Positions 1 to 10,804 of a DNA stretch of 48,663 bases are shown piece after piece. Position 1 is the stretch's first letter, and each line of letters starts with the position of its first letter. Origin of the DNA: Elsinoe ampelina (lineage: Eukaryota); assembly GCA_010093995.1 (NCBI GenBank), contig ML992501.1:2634790-2683452 (forward strand), given 5' to 3'. The translations under genes were made by a program, and so were the position numbers. A model generated the notes under the pieces. It saw only the letters and a list, made by a program, of their open reading frames with translations, searched no databases and was not told the DNA's origin.

Positions 1-196
1 AATTATAAAGCTTAATAATTAACTTCTTGCCTTTACTATTAGTTAGAGTAAGCTTAACTATACTAACTTCTATATTAAGTAGCTTCTTTATACTAATAGC
101 TTATTTAAATTTAAGAACACCTTTATATACCTTAATTGTTAAGAACTATAACTTGTCTTTAATAAAGTGCCTTAATATACTAGAGTTATAGATTAC

Positions 197-659
197 TATT
201 ATAAACTAGTAGAACAGCTAGAGCGTAGAGACGTTAGGACTAATTAAGCTACTAAGGTTATTACGTAACCTAGCTCGACATTTACTTAGTTCTCTATCTT
301 CTCTAGTAGCTCTACCTCTAAAACTATAAAGCATATAGGTTACTAGTAGACATGTACTCTATATTGCCCCTAACTCTCGCTATAGAGTATATAGAGTATA
401 TAGAGAACGTAATAGAGAATATATATATATAGGAACAGTTCTTACCTTATATAAGTACTATAGTTAACCTTGTCTAGATAGTAAATACTAGTATTACTAA
501 GGCTAGCCTTTATAATACTATCTAATTATACTTTATTATCTATAAGATATACCTTCTTCGACTCTTACCTTAGTACTATACTACTATAGAAGTAGAACTA
601 CCTTGTTCTTAGCTTAGCTTAGACTACTAGTATAGACTATGTTTAGACAGTTTGTAACA
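197..659 (+). repeat. 5' LTR of A1 (463 bp)
   Basis: T(G>A)TTA...TAACA termini. Colinear with 19973-20435 and the reverse complement of 1024-1486 and 13768-14230. Confidence 0.95.
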
Positions 660-1023
660 TTTTAACTACCCTTACTATAGTATAGTACGCTACGAGGTTA
701 ATAAGTAACTCTTACTCTAAGTTACTATTAGTATCTTTAATCGCTAGTAGGCTAGGAAAGCTTACTATTAACGACATATCTACTACTAGTTTAACCTCGG
801 GCGAACATAGAAGGTCTCTTAGTATAAGGGAAAGACGAGGTAAGCCTAAGTTAGAAGTAAAACTCTTCTATAGGGACTACGCCTACTTAAGGCGCTTCCT
901 TATTTAACTTAAAGCCTTCTTCGCTCTAGAGAGAGATAAGTACACTAACGACATAGTAAAGGTTCTCTACGCTAGAATATACCTTAAAGGCGCTACCTTC
1001 GGGTAGTTTAAGCCTTATATAAG

Positions 1024-1486
1024 TGTTACGAACCGTCTAAATATAGTCTACGCTAGTAGTCTAAGCTAAGCTAAGAACGAGGTAGTTCTACTTCTATAGT
1101 AGTATAGCACTAAGGTAAGAGTTAGAGAAGGTATGTCTTATAGATAATAAAGTATAATTAGATAGTATTATAAAGGCTAGCCTTAGCAATACTAGTGTTC
1201 GCTATCTAGACGAGGTTAACTATAGTACTTATATAAGGTAAGAACTATTCCTGTATATATATATTCTCTATTATATTCTCTATGTGCTCTATGTACTCTA
1301 TAGCGAGAGTCGAGAGTAGTATAGAGTATACGTCCGCTAGTAACCTATATACTCTATAGCTTTAGAGATAGAGCTACTAGAGAAGATAGAGAACTAGGTA
1401 AATATTAGACTAGGTTACGTAATAACCTTAGTAGTTTAATTAGTCCTAACGTCCCTATACTCTAGCTATCCTACTAGTTTGTAACA
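1024..1486 (-). repeat. 3' LTR of A2
   Basis: TGTTACG...GTAACA, followed by the reverse complement of the polypurine tract (TTACTCTCCTTC). Confidence 0.95.
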
Positions 1487-1560
1487 TTACTCTCCTTCTT
1501 TAATTAAGTTGTCCTAATAAGTAAGTATCCTTCCTTATCTTCTTGCGCTATATACTAAAT

Positions 1561-2109
1561 ATGCCTCCTAGTTATCGAAGGTATAGTAAATCTAGTATAT
1601 CTATACGAAAGAACCTCTCGGAGTTTATTAAACTATTTAGAACTAATATACTATAGGCTTACTCTCGTTACAAATCGAAGGGGCTAGACTATAAGGTTTA
1701 TATTTAGTCGGGTATCTATAGCTAGTATGTCGTAAGTAACTACTTAGGTTATAATATTTAAGTAACAAAATTAGAATAGTAGCGTCTCTAGTCTAAGTAT
1801 ATTTATTTACGAAAGGAATTAGTTATAGTAGAGGCTACTAGAAAGAATGCTAAAGAGGCTTATAAAAAGGCAAAAGAGGCTCGTTAGAGAGCTATAGGTA
1901 ATAAGCTTTAGCTCCGTAAGGAGATATAAAAGTTAGAGAATAAGGCGGAGAAAGTAATCTCTCTAGAGGAGACCTGTATTTAAGTCTTAGAGTAGGAGGA
2001 AATACTATTATTAGTAGATCCTATCCTTCTATAGAATTAGTAATTATTTATGCCTAACTCTAATTAGAGTTCTTTATTTAGCAATAATTAAGGTGCTTCT
2101 ATTACCTAA
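1561..2109 (+). pseudogene. Antisense accessory ORF of A2: putative Zn(II)2Cys6-like motif plus coiled coil (RIP-degenerated)
   Basis: ATG at 1561. All in-frame stops are TAA/TAG, which RIP can generate. TAY codons at 1660, 1669, 1690, 1717, 1726 and 1750 have C-x2-C-x6-C-x8-C-x2-C-x7-C spacing, followed by an E/K/R/A-rich helical region. The end coordinate is approximate. Confidence 0.6.
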
Positions 2110-4622
2110 GCGCTCTTCCTTAGACGTTCTTATTTTTATTTAGTGTTAGGAGTACTAGGTCTATCTAGTTAGTTTGCTTAGAATAGGTTCTTAATCTAGT
2201 AATCTAGGATTATTTATAAGGTAAGGTGCTCCTCTAGTTCCTATGTTACTTTACTATACTAATGTCCCTTCTAGTAAATAAGATAGTAGCGTTTTCCCTT
2301 TATAAGTTTATAATGTAAAACCCTTTCGATCTTATACTATAGCTCCTATGTTTCTTTATCTAGTTCGATAGATCTAGGTATAGCATTCTATAGTGCTTTC
2401 TCTAGTAGTAATATATAAAAGACTAGATAGATCCTTATATATCTTAGTAGTTCTAGTTTATATACGTTCTTGTTTTTCTTTTCTAGGATCTTAAAGGGTC
2501 CTAGTTTAGTGTAGTTAAGTTTCTTACTTAGTTGTTTTGTTTTAATATTTTTACTAAGGAGGTAAACCTTCTCTCCCTCCTATAGAATTAGTCCTATAAT
2601 TCTCTTCTAGTTAGTAAACTCTACTATTCTTTATAATATAAATGCTATATCGTAGTATAGTTAGTTATATAGTTTCTTAATATTAGCTACTAGTATATTA
2701 GTATCCTTAGATATTAGCTTAATTCCGAGTATGTTATAGTATAGATCCGAATATATTCTATAGTTTATGTAGAATAGTAAAATTCTATTTGCTAACTTTC
2801 TATTATTAACGGCGAGTTCTATAAGTAGTAGTAGCGTTGCCTATAAGTCTTACTTATAGTTTAGGTAGCATTATAGGTACTATTCTAGTACTTGATTTGC
2901 CTGTTCTATTTGTCCGTCTGTTTATAGATAAAAGGAGGTTAATAGCTTATATTTAACTCCTAGTAGGTCTATAAATAATTGTTAGAATTATAATATAAAT
3001 AACTTATTCCTATTAGTTATTAGGTCTTATAGTACTCTATATTATAAAACAATTATTTAGAGGAAGGCAAAGGCTATATCCTTAGCTATTATTATTGTCT
3101 TATATAGCACGAAGTAGTAATACTTTATAAATCTATCTACTAGGACTAGAATGCTATTATACTTTATACCTATAAGAGGTTCTTCTAATAGTAGTAAGAG
3201 TCCTATAAAGTCTATTATAACTAATTACTATAGTTTATTAGGTAGTGGCAAGGGTTATAGTAGGCTATATAGCTTATGTCGTAAGTACTTAGACTTATAG
3301 CATATATTGTATATAGTAATATACATCTTAATATTATTTTAGAGTTCTTTCTATAGGTAGTTTTATATAATAAGCTTAATAGTCTTATTAATCCCGCTAT
3401 GTCCTACTATTAGATTATTATAGTGTATTTAAATAACTTCTTACTTCTATTCCTATATAAGCTCCTAGGTAAGGCTATATAATTGCTCTACCTTTAGGTG
3501 CTTATAGACTAGAGCGCTATTCTACTACTTTAGTATAGAGGCCTCTATTATCGTTATATTTTTTAAGTAATCTAGTTGTCGGCTAAGAGCGTCTACTCTA
3601 CTGTTCTCTAATCCCTTAATATAGTAGATTTAAAAGTTGTAACTTATAAGTGTTTCTAACTATCGAACCTATCGTCTATTAAGAACCTTAGTTATTATCT
3701 AATATAGAAGGTTCTTATAGTCGGTATAGACTTATACTAGTAAGGTTATTTCTTCTAGGTATACTCTCTATTTATAGAATGCTTCTATAATCGCGAGTAA
3801 TTCTTTATTATATATGTTATAGTTAAGTTTAGGTCTAGTTATTTTTCGTAAGTAGTATATAATTAGGTAGCGTTATTCCTCTACGTCTTTCTACGCTAGA
3901 TATACCTCTATTATAAAGTCTAAGGTATCTGTTTCTAGTAGTGCTTATTAGTCTAGGTCGAAGAGTGCTAGAACAGGTGCTATTATAAGTCTAAGCTTTA
4001 GCTCCTTAAAGGCCTACCTACATTTTTCGTTAAAGATAAAGCTAGTTTTCTTTTTTATAAGGTTAGATATTAGCGTAGCTACTCTTAAGAACCCTTTAAC
4101 AAACTTATAGTAGTAGTTAAAGAACTCTAGTAGCGCTTAAACCTCCTTAACTATTATAGGTTCTAGCTAGTTATTTACTAATTTAATCTTCTTCGGATTA
4201 GGTCTAATACTATTAGTAGATATAACATAGCTTAGAAATTGTATCTTATACTTATAAAACTTACACTTAGAGAGTTTTACTAGTAGGTCTTTCTCTTTTA
4301 GTTTCTATAGCACTTTATAAACATGTCCTACATGTTTATCGTAGGTCTTTAAGAAAATAATAATATTATCTAAATATGCTAAGATAAAGTTATTAAGGTA
4401 TTCTTATAAAGTGTTATTAATTAACTCTTAGAAGGTTATAGAAGCATTAGTTAACCTAAAGGGCATAACGAGGTACTTATATAGACTCTATTACATCCTA
4501 AAAGCTGTTTTTTACTCCTTACTCTCCTTTATTTATACTTAATAATAGGCGTCTCTAATGTTAATTATAGTAAACTATTTAGCTCTAAGTAGTTAGTCTT
4601 AAAGTTTATTAATCCTTAGTAG

Positions 4623-4826
4623 TGATACGAGATAGATACGAACTAGATTCAGTTAGAATGTAGTTTAGATTAGTCACGTGATCTCGGCATCGCGGCCCGG
4701 GCTTCCGGCCGCTCCGCCCTCGATATTACGCGTGCTTTATATACTAGCTTTTCTTCTTCTTCTTCTAAGTCTTAATATCTTAATAAATAGACATAATTAA
4801 CCCCCTTATCTTACTAGTCGTAAACA
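4623..4826 (+). repeat. 5' LTR of B
   Basis: TGATAC...AAACA. Near-identical to 10601-10804 apart from transitions. Confidence 0.95.
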
Positions 4827-5153
4827 CTATATCGAGACTTTAAAACGACTGCGACTAAGCGACGGAGCTATTAAATTATCTAGTTATTCTACTACTTACG
4901 TAACTACTAATAACTACTACTTACGAAGAATTAAAGAATTAAAGAAGAAGCTATTACGACCGTAGTTCCCGCGCACACTATAATAGATCCTCGCTACCGC
5001 TATATAGGTTAATACTACGAACCTCGAAGATATAAGAAGAGGGTAATAAGTCGAGTTATAGACGACTCTTAAAGGAAGTAGGCTACTAGCTAAAATTTTT
5101 AATATTCCCTTTGTTACGCATTGACTTTTTATACCGTTTATTTACGACTAACT

Positions 5154-6515
5154 ATGCCGAGTATAGCTCGTTCTAACCACGGCGAAGACGATTGCTACGT
5201 AAGTAAGATTCCTCTATCCCTCGCCGACAATAACGACGAACTAGTCTAATTAGCCTATTACGACCTTATTCGCCTTAGCGACACTAACCTTAAGAAGAGG
5301 CTACAAGAGACGGACGGTATAACTACTCTACGTAAGGCCTTCGCCTTTATTAAGTCTACCTATAACAAATAGGTTACTACACGTAACTTAGTATATACCG
5401 ATACTCTCGACCTATATAACTAGTTAGACAACGTCCTTATTAAACTAGATATAGCTAATAGTACCGCTAACAATCTTACTACCTAGGCCGCGCGCTACCT
5501 CGCCGACATTAGCAAACTTAAAACCGAACTAGCCTAGCTAAGAGCCGAGATAGGACGCGCTATACTAGCCTCTTTCGCACGCGGCGTTACATTGTTAGAG
5601 AAGATACTAGACCCCGCTATCTTCTCTAGCGGCACCCTAGAACAGTTCGAGGTTTTTAAGCACTAGATAAAGAACAAGATGCGCGCTAATGCTAACTATT
5701 TCTCTACCGAGGCTACTTAGTTTACCTATCTCTATTCGCGTCTCTCTAGCGAAGCGTATACCCTTATTATAGACTCCGCCAGTAACGACACTCTTAACGC
5801 TAAAGCCGCTCTTAGCCTCTTAACCTAGCGCTTTAAGGATCTAAATCGTAAGGCTACTACGTGCGCTTAGTTCGCTAGCCTCTTCTAGCGTAACGTCTCT
5901 TTTAACTCCTTTATTAGCGAATTTAATAAGTACGCCCTCTACGCTAAGATCGCCAAGGACGAATAGCTCTACTAGCTACGCTAGAAGATATCTAACGAGC
6001 TACGCGTTGCCCTTATTAACTTCGACGCTAATAACCTCTCTACCTTTATTACGAAGGCTTATACTACCGACTACAACATTTAGTAGAGCAACCTTATTAC
6101 TAAGCGTACTTAGGCCTTGCGCTCTAGCCTAGCTATAAGCCGCGCCGCTACGGCACTAATCTATGTACCTTATTCTACTTCCGCGCCTACTGCCCTAGCT
6201 ACCTTTTGCTCTATCACTAGAGGAGCCCTATAGCTCTTCCGTCTAGCTCTAACACTTACCTGTTACGTATGTGGCAAGCCTAGCTATATCTCTACTAAGT
6301 GCATAGCTAGCGCCTTAGAGAAGGCCGCTTACGCCGCTATACGTCCCGCACGTATTAGCGCTATAGAAGAGATATAATAGCTCTAGGATTGCTTAGCCGA
6401 ATTAAGCAACTAAGTCGATACTAGTTCGGCTTACGAACTGGATCTAGTTTAGCCTTAGTTCAACCCCGAAATGAATTACGAGTCTACCGACCTATCTAGC
6501 TAGAGAAACAAGTAG
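5154..6515 (+). pseudogene. gag of B
   Basis: ATG at 5154 is in frame with the knuckle TGT TAC GTA TGT GGC AAG CCT (G) (H) ATC TCT ACT (E) TGC at 6261-6302. The frame ends (Q)(G)N(E)* at 6501-6515. Confidence 0.8.
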
Positions 6516-9500
6516 CTAGAGAACAAGTTCTATCCTCTAGTAGAACAAGGGCAATTCGAGATAGATCCGGAGGTATACGGTTATTAAATAGCGTCGTTAG
6601 CTACTACATCCTCGCTATTATAACTTCTATCACTATTTACGACCCCTATAACTACTCTCGCACTATTACACTTTAAGCCTTTATCGACACTAGCGCGCTT
6701 ATCGGCGCTGTAGTTAACTATAACGTTCTCGACAAGCTAAAGAGTTTTAGCTGTCCGGTGGCACTAGCTAGCCCTATTTAGCTTTAGGCTTATAATAGTG
6801 TTCCGATAGAACAAGTCACTTATAGCGTCCCTCTTACTACTACTATTTCTAGTAAGCTAAACAACCTTACTACCTTTCGTATTATAGATATTAGCCGATT
6901 CGACATTATCCTCGGCCTTAGATAGCTTAAGGCTAATAGGGCCACTATCGACTACAAGTATAGCCGAGTTATATACAAAGAAGAGTTTTTACTAACAGTC
7001 GTTAAGTAGGAGCTACCGTAGCTAATTAAAAGGCTAGAATCTAGATCTAAGCCCGGCTTAGATCTAGAAATCTAGCTCGGCAAAGCCACTACTCTAGTTC
7101 GGAACTAGTTCGGTTCTAATCTAACTCGCGAACTAGGTTCTAGCTCGGCCGCTAAGATAGGACGAACTAGACTATATTAACTACTAGCTCTTAGGTCAAA
7201 CTTTAAGCTAAATTAGGGAGAGTTTAAGCTAATCTCTTATAGTACTTAGCTAATATATAAGTTCTTCTACGTACTTGCCTATGTAAGTGACACTAAGTAA
7301 GAAGAGCTAACTATTGCTTTTATTAGCGCCGCTGCCTTTATATTAGCGGCTAAATACTAAAAGAATAAGGTGTTTACAATCTTAGTAAAGAATATTAAGG
7401 ACTACTACCAAATAGCTTCCGAGCTAGAACTAGACTCTATAGTAGTTCTCCTAGAAGAGCTATAGGAGTTTACTAATGTCTTCTCTAAAGAGTAATCTAA
7501 TATACTTCCTCTACATCGGCTAGATTTTAATAATCGGATTACACTTAAGGATAGAGCTAAACTACCACGTACTAAACCCCTTCGCTGCCTATTACTAGAG
7601 GAGCTCGATATAGTAGAGCTATTTATCCGTAAGTACCTTAATAAAGGCTTTATTACGCTAAGCTCGGCTAGCTATTCCTCGCCTATTCTCTTTATTCGCA
7701 AGCCTAGCGGCAGACTTCGCCTTTATGTCGATTACCGCGGCCTTAATAAGGTAACTAAGCGAGACGTCTATCCTCTACCTCTTATCGAAGAAACACTTAC
7801 GCGCGTAAGTAAAGCTAAATAGTTTAGCAAGATTAACATCTGTTAAGCCTTCTACCGCCTCCGTAACTCTATCGATAGTAAAGACCTTACTACGTTCTCT
7901 ATACGTATAAGTAACTTCAAGTGGTTAGTAATGCTATTTAGCCTTACTAACGCCCCCGTAGTGTAGTAGAGGTTTATAAATTACAACTTCGTCGACATGC
8001 TCGAGCGCTTCGTGTTAATCTATCTTAATAACATTCTTATCTATACCGACGGCACTTACTAAGAGCACGCCGAGCATATTAAGCTAGTGCTCTAACGTCT
8101 CTACAATTTAGGCCTAAACGCTAACATTAAGAAGAGCAAGTTCTACCTAACAGAAGTAAAGTATCTTAGTATTATTATTAGTCGAGATAGAGTTAAGATA
8201 GATCTAAAGAAGGTCGAAGCTATACGAGCCTAGAAACAACTAGCCCCTAGTAACACTACTTAGGTAAGAAGCTTTATTAGTTTCTATAGCTACTATCGCT
8301 GCTTTATTAAGGGATTTAGCACTATTACTAAGCTGTTAAACGACCTACTTAAGAAGGACGCTACGCTATAGAACGATAAGTGCACCGCCGCGTTTAACTA
8401 TATAAAGTATACTATTATAAGTGCCCCTATCTTAGCGCACTTCGATTGCTCGAAGTAAGTAGTCGTCGAGACCGACGCCTCCGATACTACTACCGCTAGG
8501 ATTCTATCGTAATATAACAATTCCGACGTCCTCTAGCTCGTTGCCTTCTTTAGTAAATCTATAAGCGAAGCCGAACGTAACTACGTAATCTACGATAAGG
8601 AGCTATTAGCAATCGTCTAAGCCTTTAAGGAATAGGCCCCTAAGCTTATAAGTACTTAATCTAATAAGGCTATTTACGTCCTTACCGACTACTAATCCTT
8701 AATGCATTTTATAAAGACTTAAAAGCTATTACGCCGCTAAGCGCGCTAGGCCCTCTACCTCGCGTAGTTTAACTTTAAGATTATATATAGGCCTAGCGCC
8801 GCTAACGGTAAGGCCGACGCACTTACAAGGAGGAATAGAGACGTACTACGTTCGAAGGAGAACTCTAATCTACGCTAGACACTATTAGCGCACAAAGTGC
8901 TAGATTAGCGCATTATCGACGAACTAAATCTAGGTCGTATCCGAGCTAGATTACTAATCTAGGCTAAACTAAGATCTAGTTTAGCACCTATTTCGCCGCC
9001 TATTTCGGCTCGTAAGCTAGGCACCTATATAGTACTTATCTCCGCTATAGAAGAGCCTTTACTCCTTTTCGACGAAGTAGCTAAAGCTAACTTATAAGAC
9101 TCTAACTTCGAGACAGTTCGCGGCGTCTACTGTATAATAGGAGCCTTCCTAAAGAGGAAATAGTTACTGTCGACTAATGTTACGATCGAGAAGGGGATAC
9201 TATACGCCGCTAGCCGATTAATCGTACCTTTCTCTATAGCCGTAAAAGTCATCTAAGGAGTCTATATATCGAAGAATTACGCACACGGAGGGGCCACTAA
9301 GACAGCCGCTATAATTAAGTCTACTTTCTATATCCCCGGGTGCGATTCTAACGTTAAGAGGTTCGTCGCTAACTATTATAACTATAAGCGCTTAAAGGCT
9401 CGCTATAGCTTACTAGCCGGCTCTCTATCGCTATTGCCTATTCTAGTTAGGCCCTAGCAACATATTACTATAGACTTCGTTACTAGCCTACCCTTAGTAG

Positions 9501-10560
9501 ATAGCTACAACGCGGTGCTATGTGTTGTCGATCGCTTATCTAAGGAACGACACTTAATTCCTTACTTCTAGGGAGAAGAAGGAACCTCTATATTCGAGAC
9601 GGCTAAGCTATTATTCTTCTATGTGTAGAAACTACATAGCCTACTAGATAGTATCACCTCGGATCGCGGCCCTTAGTTCGTTAGCGACGTATAGAAGAGA
9701 CTCTACTAAATCCTAAAGATTACTACTAAACTATCTACCGTAGGGCATCTATAGATAGACGGCTAATTAGAGGTTATAAATCGCAAGTTCGAGCGAGTTA
9801 TCTATTTATACGCTATACGCTTTAGTAATTAGACTCTTGTTCTACTAGTTATAGAGTTCTCCGCTAACGTTAACCTATTAGAGAGTACTAAGCTATTACC
9901 GTTCGAGGTTACTAGAGGATACAAGCTAAGGCTAAGCTTCTAACCCCCTTCTAACGCACTATTAATAAGAGCTAAGCTAAATAAGGTCGACATCTATACA
10001 CTTGCTAAACAACTAGAAGAAGCGCTAGTTATCGCTAAAGCTAACCTCGCTATTACCTAATTACGTATAGTAGAATAAGCTAATAAGTACTACTAGCCGA
10101 TAGAGTTCGAGGTAGGCGATTTAGTGTAGTTATCGACAAAGAACCTCTAGCTATATAGTAATCTAAAGCTACTACTAAAACATATTAGTCTATATAAGAT
10201 TCTCGAGAAGTAGTTACTATTAGTATATAAGCTAGATCTACTAGCTACGCTACGACGAATCTACTCCGTATTCTATGCCGATCTACTTACTAAGCATCTA
10301 AACAACCCTCTACTAGGCTAAGCCTTTAAGGAACTACCTCCGATAGAAGTCGATAGTAAAGAGAAATACAAGGTAGATAACGTAGTTAACGTGTATATAC
10401 TACGTAGTAAACTAGTTACTTATATAAGCTAGAAGAGCTATCCGGAGGATCTTACCTAGTAGCTAATCGACAATCTTAAAGGAGCAGCCGACGTGCTACG
10501 TAACTATCTAGACTCTTATACGGATAAGCTAAGGCCGAAATAGATTAATAAATAATATAT
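6503..10560 (+). pseudogene. pol of B (PR-RT-RH-IN-chromodomain)
   Basis: AFIDT(G)A ~6677; LRL(C)VDYRGLN ~7716; YL(DD)ILI ~8021; VETDASD ~8465; NYVIYDKELLAI ~8579; HIT(M)DFVT(G)LP ~9461; ITSDRG ~9653; chromodomain ~10350-10510. Ends are approximate. Confidence 0.9.
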
Positions 10561-10600
10561 AATAGCGTTTAAGAGTAAACGCGCTTAAGAGAGGAAGTAG

Positions 10601-10804
10601 TAATACGAGATAGATACGAACTAGATTTAGTTAGAATGCAGTTTAGATTGGTCACGTGATCTTAGCATCGCGGCCCGGGCTTCCGGCCGCTCCGCCCTCG
10701 ATATTATACATGCTTTGTATACTAGCTTTTCTTCTTCTTCTTCTAAGTCTTAATATCTTAACGAATAGACGTAATTAACCCCCTTATCTTACTAGTCGTA
10801 AACA
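10601..10804 (+). repeat. 3' LTR of B
   Basis: Direct repeat of 4623-4826, followed by TSD AGTAG. Confidence 0.95.

Larger units (their letters stand above)
4623..10804 (+). mobile_element. Ty3/Gypsy chromovirus B (Maggy/Tf1-group-like), full length (6182 bp), RIP-inactivated
   Basis: 204-bp LTRs at 4623-4826 and 10601-10804. TSD AGTAG at 4618-4622 and 10805-10809. Polypurine tract AAGAGAGGAAGTAG at 10587-10600. Confidence 0.95.

Noticed and set aside
7022..7041. Shared CCAAT module as a HapX/CBC site (CSAAT-N12-RWT)
   Set aside because: The bases 12 nt after the CCAAT are ATC in B and TTC in E, which do not match RWT.
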